Assembly: GCF_032191835.1 (NCBI RefSeq)
Contig: NC_083227.1
Span: forward strand, 122,822,001-122,886,000
From: Heteronotia binoei
Taxonomy: Eukaryota
Direction of reading: 5' to 3'
DNA length: 64,000 nucleotides
Below, one piece after another: positions 12,462 to 24,952 of the stretch. The notes beneath the pieces are model-generated. The model had not been told where the DNA came from, did not search any database, and saw only the letters and a list, made by a program, of their open reading frames with translations. The translations under genes and the position numbers were made by a program. Numbering within the stretch: the stretch's first letter is position 1; every line of letters begins with the position of its first letter.

Positions 12462-13170
12462 TGTGGTGCCCATTAGACCCTCTAGCCACCTTTCCCAGCT
12501 CCCTGTGAAGAGGCCAGTCTAGGAACTTGCTACCAGGGCACTTTAAATCTAAATTCAAGAGGGAGGCAAAGCTCTTCCACCTTCCCCGAAGGTTGCTGCC
12601 ACCAGACCTGGTATTTTTTACACGGCCCAATCCACTCTGGTTCCCCTGAGGGATCAACAGTCTCTAGATAACCAAAGAGATGCTTATGGCATTCACACCT
12701 TCTTCTCAGTAGGGCCGAAAGGCACTGGTCCCGTTGCAAGCCACTGACACCAAACAAAAGGTTAAACAAAATTTTATTCTAACAGTACAGGTATTCTCCC
12801 AACACCATGTAACAAAATAACAAAAAGCTTCAAAAACTGTCTAGTTACCTTGACCCTCAGGCCAATTGTAAAGAGCTAAAAAGGTTCAGAGTTCCAGGGG
12901 CATCCCCTTCTGGGTCGGTCTGGCCAAATCCACCAGGGTTCCCAAGAATACTCTTACTGACCCTTAGGTCACCACAGATCCTTGCCTAAACAAGCAGCCC
13001 AGAAGACTTAAACGAGGAGGAAAAATCTCCTCTTTTACTAGCCCACCAGACTCTAATTGGCAATCAAGGCCTGATACCTTGCAGCTGGTGGCTCCACCCT
13101 GGGACTTACAACAGAAGGTGAGAAATCCTATAGAATTTAGGTCAACTTAAAACTTAACCTTGGCACTACA
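12462..13170 (-). mobile_element. Solo LTR (709 bp)
   Basis: Ends TGTGGTGCC...GGCACTACA (8/9 inverted). 5-bp TSD CACAC at 12457-12461 and 13171-13175. AATAAA on the minus strand at ~12775. No coding content. Confidence 0.8.
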
Positions 13171-14200
13171 CACACATACACCCCGTATACATCCCATGCC
13201 ATGGTCTCAAGAAATGTAATAGAACAATCATGCTGAAATAAGTCTAGATGAAACCCTAGACTACCACAATGAGATCCATGGAAGAAAGATAGGGCATAAA
13301 TATATATGCAATACAAGGCATTTACTGATAAGCAATGTACATGATAAAATATTACATATGTAATAGGTACTTTTCAATAACTTACAATCATTATATAGGG
13401 GTTATAGCCAATATATGTCAACATGTGAATTTCTGGCTACAGTCTGAAAGTCAATTTATAACTTTAACAAATCCATTTTCCTGCCTGACAAGAGTTTGGC
13501 ATTTTCCCTTATATGCTGAAGAAATCTGAGTTATTTGAAAATCATGCCTTCAGGCCATCAGGCCATTAGAACCTATCAAGACAAAAATAAGGGTAATTTT
13601 CATTTGTGAGCCACTGAGACATTTTGAAATGATTCCAGATGGATTCTAATTTATGTTCTGTTCTAAATGTATATGTATCTCATAGTTCTTGTTTTCACTA
13701 TTAAAATTATGATTTGGTAACATTTGTATCATAATAGCATACAGTATTCTCCAGTGAGTTCAATCCGTACATAACTGATATATTTATGCTTGTAATTAGA
13801 ATGTCCTCATCTCAAGGACCTCTCAGAGGCACTCACTGTACTATTGTCATTGGTCATAATAGCAAACCTGAAACTCAACTAGGTACAGGTATTTGTTTTT
13901 TTAGCACTCAGTCAAAGAGATAAAAATATGGGACTTATTTAGACAACCTTTTAATTAAAATTTCCCAATTTCATTTGAAACCCAAGAGGGAATATTTAGA
14001 TGGTGATCTGATCATCAAATTTGTCTATCACAGACTATCTAGCATTTTATAAAGGTAAAACAAATGCTTCAAAAAGGTAGCTTGTAGTGGTTTATCAAAT
14101 GTAGCTGTGACCAAAGAAGAGTATTCAGATGGACTGCTTCAATAATTCATGCCTAATCCCCGACCAAAAAATCATTGGCGATTTGGACCTCTCACACAAA

Positions 14201-14289
14201 CAGTGCAATCCTAATAACACTTTATAGGAGTCAGCTCTGTTGAATGAACCTGAATAGGACTCTGAGTAGACGTGCTGAGGATGGCACTG
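14201..14289. mobile_element. Short palindromic MITE, CAGTGCAATCC family
   Basis: TIRs CAGTGCAATCCT / AGGATGGCACTG (11/12). Same terminal type as the element at 7456-9770. Confidence 0.65.
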
Positions 14290-14388
14290 TAAATTGTGTG
14301 CGTAATTTCCCTCTTAGAAGAAACAATACAAAATTTAACAAAATGGTCCACTAATCAAGGGAGCAAAGAGAGAGATATGGTTAAACAA

Positions 14389-14581
14389 TTTTTATTTGGT
14401 AATGTATGGTAATTATATCCAATACTAATAAAATATTAATAAACACTTACTACCTTCCCCATACATTACACTTTCTCTTCCTCCCCTCCCCCCAAATCTT
14501 GACTTCCGCCGGTGCCAATTACCTACAATTCTGATATCAAAAGGTATATTTAACTTTAAAAGAATCTTAATTTTAAAAAGG

Positions 14582-14641
<60 letters not shown>

Positions 14642-14937
14642 TTTTGCAGAGAAATAAACAAACACATTTCTTATACTTTATAAAGTCCCACCCAGTTATT
14701 ATAGTTCATCTTCTTTCTTCTCCTAAAAACCTAAGTGGTATTCTCAAAAATCACCCAATGTCCTTTTACTTTCCATTTTTTTTCTATATATCTTCTGAAT
14801 TTATCCCAATCCATTTTAAATCCCTCTAAATCCCTCATAGTCTTTCAAGATTCTTGTAAGTTTATCCATTTCACTCCATGACATAACTTTTACAATCCAA
14901 TTCAATTTTTCTGGTATTTTATCTTGCTTCCATAACT
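14389..14937 (-). mobile_element. L1 3' fragment with (TA)n in its 3' UTR
   Basis: Minus strand reads AQLWKQDKIPEKLNWIVKVMSWSEMDKLTRILKDY...DWDKFRRYIE, an L1 ORF2 C-terminus. A-rich tail at ~14389-14396. Flanked by a ~30-bp imperfect direct repeat. Confidence 0.7.
14584..14639. repeat. (AT)28 microsatellite
   Basis: Uninterrupted AT dinucleotide run. Confidence 0.97.
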
Positions 14938-15589
14938 GAGCAGAGAGAGAGATATGCATTGGGTTAAACAAAACAAAACCAAAAGTTACAGAGAAAAAAT
15001 TAGCATAACTTTTTCTTTGGCTTTTAGAATCATTATGAAACTTTCCAATATATTTTGAGATTATTGTTCAAAGATAATTTTTAAAAGACCTATGTAACTT
15101 CTCCTTCTGGTAAGACAGAGGAACCCTGCTTTACCAGAAAAAGTAAAATTTATCTGTTTTTTTAAAAATCCCCTGAGGAACAATCTCAGGATGCATCAGG
15201 AATCTTATATTGTACAGTATGCGTGTATGGAGCGTTTCTTCAGCTTGGCTGTTCTTTCAGCATTTATTTGATAAATTTATTCTTGTATGACTGTGACAAT
15301 GAAACTTTTCCACCCTTACAGCTTTTCTTTATTAAAATCTTTCAACCTCCACAACCTTTTGTTAACTTTAGAATTTTATAGAGAGAATTCAACTCTCTCA
15401 GCTTCTGCTGAGACAGAATTTGTGGCCTGGAGAACTGAATGTAGAACAGATGATATTGCTTTATACAGAACCAGACTACTGGTCTATGAAGGTCAGTATT
15501 GACTACTCAGATAAACACTATCTCAGGTGAATTTTTTTAATATATATATTACCTGCTACTTCGTAGTGAGTCATCCAGAAAAGTCATGG

Positions 15590-16330
15590 TCCAGGGGATT
15601 TCAGATCAGGTCAACCTCAGGACTTCATGTTGTGATGGGCCCAACACTTGAAAAAGGACATATGCCAGATCTCCACTACTGACTGGCTTGCCAGTGATCT
15701 ACTCAGATCACAGTCAGATCTCTATCTTCTGAAGGTACTGTTGAGCTTTCTGCTCCTCCCTGAAAAGGTGAGGGATCTGTTCAGATGGTCTCCCCTAAGT
15801 GATTAATGGACTGCTGTAGCTTCCAGGCAGCTCTGAGGATTTCAAGAGTTTCTCTGTGTAGCCCCTCAGTCTATGTCTGGAATGATATGACGGCGGGAGC
15901 CATAACCAAAGTCCCTTCTTGGAATTCCTCTCCCATCCTGTAGTAGGACCCAAAACCAGGGTTTAATAGGATGCTGGGGGTTATGAAGCAAACTAAACAA
16001 AAACTAGAATACTGATGGAGGAAGACTCAAGATGAATTAGCCAGATTACATCATAAAGCTTGTTTGCAGGCCTATGAGGTACTAGTAAAGGAGACAAAGG
16101 CTTCTTTATCTGTCACCATTACATCAGTTGAATTCCACTCACTGTTCAAAGTGGAACATGACTTTGTAACAGCTAAACCTGATTTGAGTGATGATGTTAA
16201 TCTGGCCCCAAACTGTCACATTTCAACAAGGTTGTTTGCTGATAAAATCTACTTCATTTGTTCAAATATGGAAACCAAGTTGAGAGTAGATCCAGTATCT
16301 GGGGTATCAGGAGCATCTGATTGTTCTTTT
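15590..16330 (+). mobile_element. Highly decayed L2 LINE fragment (endonuclease end and linker)
   Basis: VVMGPTLEKGHMPDL (~15650) resembles the L2 GPTHxxGHxLDL motif. QAYEVLVKETK...LFKV (16064-) resembles the linker KVYEKAVKSAK...LFRV of the L2 at 38196. Confidence 0.5.
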
Positions 16331-17269
16331 TGCTGTGGAAAATCCAGATGAATGCCAGAACATGAAAAACTCCATGTTCATTTTATTATGATTTTATGGA
16401 AAACCTAAATTAATAATAGGGAAGGGGGATAAGGCTTGGCAACTCTTGGCATGTAGCACATGTGCAGTGATGATAGACTAGAGCAGCAAAAATGCTGGCC
16501 AAATTTGTAGCTAGAATTGACTGGCTCATAAAAGACAGTGTGTTCATAAGCAAAGTTACACCCTTCTAAATACATGGAGCCAGTAGACTGGGGTTACACT
16601 ATATGGTAGGTTTCAGACATGAACAATAACATAACACAAACTATTAACATTAATTTAATAGTTACAACTTCTAGCTTTAAAACTAGTGTTTCTATCAAAG
16701 TTTATAATTACTTCATTTAGAATACAGTTCTGTTGAATTCGTTCAGCTCATGTTGTTCAGCTGCTAACCACAAGCCAATGTCACAGATTGCTCTTATATG
16801 GCCTTTAGAAAGCAAAGCTTGTTGATAAATTGATCCATATTTAGTATTGATTTTTTTCTAGACTGGGCAATCTAACTAAAAGGACATGTAGCCAATGTCC
16901 AATTCTTGCAGCTGGCATTCTCCCAAAAGACGATCTCACTCTGTGCTGCTATATTGATCCCATTATATGGAAGCACTTGGCCAAAAGCTGTCTAATGTTC
17001 TACCTTCTAAACACCTGGCCAAAGATAAAAATGCCTGTAGCCTAGGTGGTAAGACTGACTGCCATTCCACTTTCTAGGCTATTGGCATGATTATGGAAAG
17101 TATTAACATTTTGTGTTGCCCAGTTGTTGATTTCTTTGGATTGTAGGTCTGGCGACATAAAGTGCCAGCTATCCAGATTCAGCTGGCACCTCTAGATATA
17201 GCTCATTTAGGGATCCATTTATCTTCCACCTTCCTTGCAAATACAGTAATAACAATCAGAAAGGAAGCA

Positions 17270-17685
17270 AACACCACTGCTGCGAACTATCACGGAACAG
17301 TAGTTACAAACCACTGACTGACAAACCGGCACAAAGATTTATTTTATGATGAATAACGAGGGGACTGTAAACAGATTTTGCCCAATGTTAACACTGTAAA
17401 ACACTGTAACACATTGACATCGACTGCTGAATTACTCTGAATAATGAACCGCCATCTATATTACTATGGAACTATTTAAACTGGCAGAACCAGCGCCAGA
17501 ATATCTTTATTGCTGCCAGATATATTTAACTTAATTTAAATTATGTATTTTAATTCAATTAACTGGTTTTTATATGTTTAAATTTTAATTGTTAAATTTA
17601 AAGTTTTTATCTATCAATGTAAATGCATAAAATGTTGTTAGCCGCCCTGAGCCGCCTAGGCGGGGAGGGCAGGATACAAATAAAA

Positions 17686-17753
<68 letters not shown>
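17270..17753 (+). mobile_element. L2 LINE 3' UTR with (ATT)22 tail
   Basis: Terminal GTTAGCCGCCCTGAGCC...GGGGAGGGCAGGATACAAATAAAA is nearly identical to the 3' end of the L2 at 55543-55592. (ATT)n runs 17688-17753. The 5' boundary is approximate. Confidence 0.75.
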
Positions 17754-17756
<3 letters not shown>

Positions 17757-18104
17757 ACATGAGAAGCAACACTGCAAACATGAGAAGCAAACCTGAGTAC
17801 AATAAACTGGAGTCTGTAGGTGCCATTGACATTGCTTCCAGTGACTTTACTGCTAGAGTCAGATTTATTGTTCCCTAATTCTGCTCACCTATTCATGATG
17901 TTATGTTCTACAAACAGGTGTAATACTAGGAAGTTCTTCAGACTGCATAGCACCCTCTAGCAATACCAGATTTTTTTCACTGTTCCGTGAATCTGATATT
18001 GAAGAAGCAAATATTTGTAACAGATATATTAAAAGACACCAGAAGATGGCTCACTTTTCAGAGGGGAATGGTATTTCTCAGCCTATTTTCCCACATAGCT
18101 GATT

Positions 18105-18505
18105 CCTTGTGGTGGTGTTAAATGTATGTTAAGTGCCTTCAAGTCACTTCAGACTATGGATTAATGACCTCCAAATGTTCTATTGTTAACAGCTCTGTTC
18201 AGGTCTTACAAACTGATGAGTGTGGCTTCCTTGATCGAGTCAATCCATCTTATGTTGGGTCTTCCTCTGAAATTGTTAATGTTTCTTTCTTGATTTTTCA
18301 CTCCACCTTCATCTAAATCTAATTCAGCTTTCCTTCTGATATGTTCTGCATATAGACTGGACCACTATGGAGATAATATACACCCTTGTCTGATACCTTG
18401 GCCAACTAGAAACCATTCTGTTTCTCCATATTCTGTCCTAATAGTAGCCTCTTGTCCAGACTACAGGTTGTGCATCAAAACAATCAGATGCTTGGTGCAT
18501 CTTTT
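18105..18505 (-). mobile_element. RTE/BovB-like LINE fragment with a large internal deletion
   Basis: Minus strand HLIVLMHNL-SGQEATIRTEYGETEWFLVGQGIRQGCILSP...YAEHIRRKAELDLDEGG...NINN is joined directly to the 3' terminal RGRPNIRWIDSIKEA region. Confidence 0.8.
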
Positions 18506-20475
18506 TTTTTAAACAAACCATAGCTTTCCATAATCCACACAGTCAAAAATGTTGTTTGTGGTGTTACTCATATGAAAATTGGCAGTTTATAATTTGTCAT
18601 TGTTTCTTTGAGGAAGAAATAAAGTGAAGTAGTTTCTATAAGGACATTAAGTTGCTATACTGGTCCTTAACGTGACAACAGTTAACGTGACAACTGCCTG
18701 CTGCTCAGATGAAAGTAGGCTACTCATCTCTGTTGTTCAAGGAACAGTGTGTTCCAGACAGGCCTATTTTTAATTCTCTAACTTGCAGCACTGCTGCAAA
18801 GCAGATCTTCAACATAGTTAGATTACCTTTGTGGGCTAAAGTTACAAACCAACAGAGTGCTTGACAAATTTTAAATCACTAGTTATTTAAGCAAAACCTT
18901 GAGGCAATTTTGCAGCTTGCTTTAGAAAACTGCTTTGTTGTCTCCAAGTCTTTAAATTCAGTTTCAGATCCTGGAATCAGGTCACTTTTTGGCATAGTGG
19001 AATACACTGCTATATTTGAAAGCTCTGCAATTGGACTGCAAGTGTTTTCTCTATACTTGCCCTTGTTTTCATTTTAGTTATACAGTATGTTGATCACAAT
19101 CTGAGGGCCTGCAAGGAACAATGGGAGAGGAAATCAGTTTGGATACTCCTCAGTCTGCTCTTACCACATTCTATAATCTTTCATGGGCTCAAGGAGAATT
19201 TATCCTCTTTTTTTAAAATCAGCTCTGTTTCTTTCATAATCCCATGTCTCCTTGAACATGTTCAGGCATGATCAGAACATTTTTTGTTGTTGTTAACATA
19301 CACAGTCATTTTTTTCTACTTTTGGGAAAGTCCCCCAAGTATACCAACACCCCTCTATTGTCTGTAGGTGATCTTGGTTTTCCTACTTTTGTTATTGGCA
19401 TGTTAATCAGTTATTTTACTATTTGATATAGTGAAATATATTTTGTATTTCAAATTAGGATGTACTTAGTTGGCAACTGGGTAGATTACACAAAATTTCC
19501 CTTTATATTTTAAGAGTAATTTATAATGAGTACCCCATTTACAATCTATCCTATTGTTTTTGAGTTGTTCTGCAAAGAATTTTAGATTATAGTGTTTTTG
19601 CAATATAAAAGAGAAGATATTGAGAGAAGTTTTAATCAATTCTTCCTGTATTTATAAAGGATTAGACCTTACAACTGAAAGTATCCAATCTCTTACTGTA
19701 GAATTGCAAAATAACTAATGATATCTCTATAAACTTTTTTCCTCTGGGTAAACTTTGAATTTCCATGGAAAGCTTTTTCCTAGATTACTAGTTCCTCAAA
19801 ATCAGATCTCAGTGTCCTAGGAGTGCCAACTCCATGTTTGGAATTCATGGAGATTTGGGAATAAAACCTGAGGAACATTGAGTTTGGAGTGGTGACAGAT
19901 CAATGCCAGGATATAGTTTCATAGAGACTAACCTCTGAAGCTGCCTTTGCTTTAAGAGAGAGTAGTCCGGAGATCAGTTTAATTCTGGGATAACTCCACT
20001 CCCCACCTGGTAGTTGTGCAGTAATATAGTCTAGACTAAATGATGTATGTAAAAATTACAGTAGATAAATTAAATATTAAGTTTTATTTTTTTCCTCTAT
20101 TTTCTACAGTTTTATATTTTACAATGCAATCATAATATATTTTAGCCAATCTTATATATAACACATCCAATCACAGATATATAACAATCCAATCACAGAA
20201 CGAAAGCCTATGGAGAATGTCTGGGGTACCCACATGGAGGTTAACTTTAAAAATGGGCTTAGAACTGAAACCAATGATAATGTCTATTGGATTGCTTTGT
20301 TCCATATCTGGAACAAAGGCGCAAGACTCAAACATTTGAAATAAATTAGATTTGGGGATGATCTGCACACTAATTTTTCTAAAGTTATTGTTAATCTGTT
20401 AGCAGCAACCTATACTTAATTAAGTTTAGAAAATGGGTGCCAGTGTTTGAGGGCAAAACCTCCATGACCTGAAAA

Positions 20476-20829
20476 TACGGATGGGCATGAGCAGGCTGAT
20501 GAACTAAAGTTCATCATGAATTTTGACCTGTTTGGAGTTTGCGAACCAAAGTTTGTGAACGGAAGAACTAGGACAAACTACCATGAATGTTGGTGCAATT
20601 AATGGTGCGTCATGATGGTTCATGAAACACAGGAAGCAAAGGTATAGCTCTGTTTTCTGCTCTTCAGGAGAAACTGCTGAGCAGCTAGGAGCTCCCCGCC
20701 ATTCAGTTGTTTGATTCATAAACACGCCTCCCAATTCAATTCAATTTGAGATTCAGTTCATGGTTCAGTCATGAACTAGGAAGTAGGAACTGAACTGAGC
20801 CACCCTTTCCTGGTTTGTGCCCTTCTCTA
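20476..20829. mobile_element. hAT MITE, TAG(G/A)GATGGGCAC family
   Basis: Ends TACGGATGGGCAT / GTGCCCTTCTCTA. 8-bp TSD CCTGAAAA (20468-20475) / CCTGAAAC (20830-20837). Repeated GAAC/GTTC subterminal motifs. Confidence 0.75.
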
Positions 20830-21026
20830 CCTGAAACTTTACCAACATTGCAGCTGGCTTTGTTTTTCCTAGCATGCACATAAAATATTTATTTATTCAT
20901 GTATTTCCATTTATATCCTGCCCTCCCCACTGAAACAGGCTCAAGGCAGCTAACAAGACCAACAAAATATTGGCAAGAAGTGTTAAGTCTTCCCCCATAA
21001 CTTATGTTGCCAACTTTAGCTTTGGG

Positions 21027-21144
21027 CAGGGCTTTTTTTTAGAAAAAGCCCAGCAGGAACTCATTTGCATATTAGGCCACACCCCCTGACACCAAGCCAG
21101 CCAGAACTGCATTCCTGTGAGTTTCTGCTAACCCCCCACCCCTG
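21027..21144. mobile_element. hAT MITE, CAGGGCTTT family, monomer
   Basis: Perfect 8-bp TSD GCTTTGGG (21019-21026, 21145-21152). Contains ATTTGCATATTAGGCCACACCCC. Inserted into a GTTGCCAAC-type repeat. Confidence 0.88.
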
Positions 21145-21379
21145 GCTTTGGGAATTTCTGCAGATTGTGGTGGAGCCTGGGGATAGAACACAGCATGAAT
21201 GTAATCTATCCTACAAATCTGCTATTTTCTCCAGGACAATTAATATAGCTGCTGGGAGGCCTCCCACTGGCAGGCATCTTTGCCCACTGCCTTTCCAAAT
21301 GATGGTAGGAATTTCCTGCCCCCCCTCCAAAAAAAACCAGTTGGTCTGGAAACCATAGAGTTTCTAGAAATTCCTGGAA

Positions 21380-22070
21380 TTATCATTATCATTGCTTTAT
21401 TACAGTACATAACTAGTACAAAACAGTCCAGACATATTGAAAACCAATATCAAAATATAACCATAACAGTATGAAATTTAGATACCAATATAAAAATGGA
21501 ACAATAATGAAGCATTTACAAATAATTAAATACAATATCTTAGAATCCATATCACACCTTTATGTACTGTTTACAGATTCTATAGGCTGCTGCTAGATAT
21601 TTGGCATATGCCAATGTAACCTCTGGGTTAGAATCTGAAAGAAGCATGTTGCTTATTACAGTATTTGAGAAACCTGAAAATATTTTCTGTATAGGTTGTA
21701 TACTCTAGCACATATTTGGTCATAATACCTACAACTAGGCAGAATATGTGCATTTGTATCAATTTCTTCGGTACCACACTGGCAGACATGCTGAGATGTT
21801 GGTGGCTTTCTGTAGCAGCTCACTACCATCTCCAAGGGAAAGATATTACAGTGGACCATAGAAAAGGCCCTTCAATGAGAAGGAATGTCTAAATTTGACA
21901 AAGATGAGGCTGGGGAGACAATATATTTTGTTTGAGTTGAGGCTAAAAACTTTGAGACCCTGGCAATGTCATTGTGCCTCTCTACATCTAATTTTCTCTG
22001 CTTTAATCTAATTACTTTCTGGTTTACTTGGAAGTGCTGTAGTGGTGCAGCTGACATCTTGGTCACCTAA
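21380..22070 (-). mobile_element. RTE-X-like LINE 3' fragment
   Basis: Minus strand KQRKLDVERH...SPASSLSNLDIP..RAFSMVHCNIFP...VCQCGTEEIDTNAHILPSCRYY (C-terminal cysteine-histidine motif). AT-rich 3' UTR and short (ATAATG)-like tail. The clade call is by recall only. Confidence 0.6.
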
Positions 22071-22195
22071 GCCCCCCTCCCAACCCTCTTGTCAACTGCC
22101 ATGAATGACTGGGCAACCCTTGGGACAAATTTCTGTCATTTGGAGATCAGTAATTCTGGGAGGTCTCCAGACCTCACTTGGAGGTTGGCAACTGC

Positions 22196-23160
22196 TGTCA
22201 TGGACTGCATTTTAAAAGCTCATAAGTGTTGTAAAATCAGGTAATGGACTGTGAAGGGCTAATGTCTCATACAGCCAGAGAGCCTTGAATGATAGGCTGT
22301 TCAAAGGATTAGCATCAGTTTGATAGAAAGACTTGATTAGAAATTGATTAGCATCAGTTGAGTAGAAAGACTTGGAAACTGACTGCTGAAGAGAGCTCAG
22401 TTTTAACTGACTGAGATCAGGAACAATTTAGCCCTAACTGTAGAAATTTTAACTCTGACTGAGAAGAATTTAGCTCTGACTGAAAACAGTTTCATACTGA
22501 TTGAGGACTGGGAAGGTTGGCAAGGAAGGGTGGGTGGATGAGTAAAGACCCCCATTCAGGCCAGGAAAAGGAATGCATCTTCTAGTTAGAGAGGAGATTC
22601 CCTACCCAGTTGATAGGGAGGTAGCGCTAAAGAGTGGAGTGAACCCTGGTGTGCTCAGAGAAGGAATTTGGGTGCTTCGTAGTGTATTCCTACTTTCTGA
22701 GGATGAGGTCATCATATCTACCCATGCCAATAAAGCAACTAAGAAACTGGTTAATGCTGTTTAGCGCCATGGGAAGGACCTCCTCAATGGGTAGGAAGAA
22801 AGGGTACACTTTACTGGGGCGTGGAGGTCCAGAGGAGCTCAGTGGTGGCCCAGGCTTCAGTTCCCATTACCATGAGAAAAAAAATGAAAATATACTGTAG
22901 ATCATACTGAGGATATTGTAGAAATGTATTTCCTTGTCTGTTATTGAGATTCTTGTGAAATTTGCTGAAGCCAATCAGAAGCAGTGTTAGAGCAGCAATC
23001 TCAAGGAAAATTCTGAACTGCCCAGCCTAAAGCCTTCTCTATAATAGAGAGTGTGACTATGCTGTTAAAGACAGGCCGTGTGAATGAAACGGAGAGGTTC
23101 AGGCTGCCTGACCTCCCACTATGGCATTAGATCTACTGGCAGCCCTCTTTGCCATCCACA
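22196..23160 (+). mobile_element. LTR-like sequence (probable solo LTR, boundaries uncertain)
   Basis: Starts TGTCATGG. Contains U3-like reiterated ACTGACTGA and ATTAGCATCAG motifs and AATAAA at ~22729. No TSD could be confirmed. Confidence 0.4.
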
Positions 23161-24614
23161 ACTTGGAACCATAAAAATAAATCTTTAAAGTTCATTTAAA
23201 TTTATTGCCACGTTGGTCCATCAGAATAAAAAGATCAAGACAGGATCATTTCTTTTTCATGATCAAAGCATTTACAAAACAGTTAACAAACTTGTAGAAC
23301 TCTTGGACTTGGTGTTACTAACCCCACCTGACTCCAACACCACTGTCCTTCATCCCATACATTCAATCTCATGAGCTATTTAAAAAGTTGGTACTGGGTC
23401 TGAAAAAAACTAATTCTTGGGCCCTGACAACGGAGTGCCCCTTCCCAATAAATCAAACCTCCCAGCCAATTATGTCATTAGATGCCTCAGAGCGCCAATG
23501 ATGTCATTAGATGTTTCAGCATTAGATGCCTCAGTGTGCTTGCCAATTATCTTTGCTTATCTGTAGCAACCCTTGCTGCTAGACCTTAGTTATGTCCTAC
23601 CCAGCCCATAATACCTGGCTGAATATATCCTTTCTCCCCCACAGGAATAATGCTGAGAAGGTAAGAAAAAGCCCTATTTTGGCCTTTTTTATTAGAATTC
23701 TCCCAAAGTTCCTGCTAGGCCCCAAATTCCTGTGAATTTACATTGTTGACTTAAGAAGGGCAAGAGGGTCAGCTCACAGCTAACACCTGCATGGTGTAAG
23801 AAATGTTAGAAATTCTACAACTTCCTCCCATTCCTCTTTCAAGAGTGGGCTGAAGACAGCAGCCTCCCTCAGCCTGGTAAAATCCTTCTTTATATGACTA
23901 GCTTGAATTCTGAATCAAATTTTACATGTACCTAATAAAAGCCATTTTATAACTGGACATCTGGATATATTCACGCACATAGTTATATGTGTTGTTGCAG
24001 GAAGTGTGCAATTAATTAATGGAAATAAAAACTATCATTTCCAAGCAAAACTGATTTAAAGCATAAAAATTGTATAAATAAATTATGTACTAACAAGCAA
24101 TCTGTTTTATGTTCACTTATTCCTCAACAAATCTAAACACAAGAAAAATGACCTGCTCAAAAATTTTTGAATGCCCTGGCAAAACAGAGGAAGTCCAGGC
24201 AGGAATTTTTTATATGGGGTCAAAAGTTGGATTTTCCATCATAGCTCCCCATTTACTATTTCTTCAAAAGGCATCTGAGTTACAGCAGGTTAATAAAGTG
24301 GCAGGGAATAAAACACTGTATTTTAGCAGCCTCTGTAAGGACCCTGACTCTGGGATTTTGACACACCAAGGTTTCAGTACATGGTATTAAAATTATCATC
24401 TCCTTGAAAGAGGACACTGCATCATAAATTTTGGATATCCTCTAAGAAAATGACAACATTTTGCTTAGATAGATACAAAATTCATTAACTGACAGTGAAG
24501 TCTGATTAGGTTAACAGAGAACTCAATAGATTATATCTTGCTATAGTATTGGGGGAGGGGGGACTTTATTTAAATTTTGGCTTTCTGTTGGAATTTACCA
24601 AAACTTTAATACAT

Positions 24615-24952
24615 CAGGGGTCCCCAAGGTGGTGCTCTGACTCCTTCCTTGAAACCCATTAGATATTTTTTTGGAAAGTGGGTAGAGCCAGAATAGGGCT
24701 TTGCCCAGCAGGGATTCTGACTGGCCACTGGAGGAATTGTTTGGGCAAATAAAAATAATGTTGTTTCCATGATTGCTGCCACCACAGTTAGGATTTTATT
24801 CTGTCTTACTCTTCTTTTTCAGTGTATTTTTAAAATTACCCCCACTTTCCCCTACACCTCACCTTCTGCAGCAGCCATTTTGTGATTGCACCCACCACCC
24901 TGTGTCTGAATTCTGAAGGTATCCATGGAGTAAAAAATGTTAGGGATCCCTA
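24615..24952. mobile_element. hAT (Charlie/Buster-like) MITE, CAGGGGTCCCCAA family, decayed
   Basis: Ends CAGGGGTCCCCAA / TTAGGGATCCCT. TSD not clearly preserved. Confidence 0.5.
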
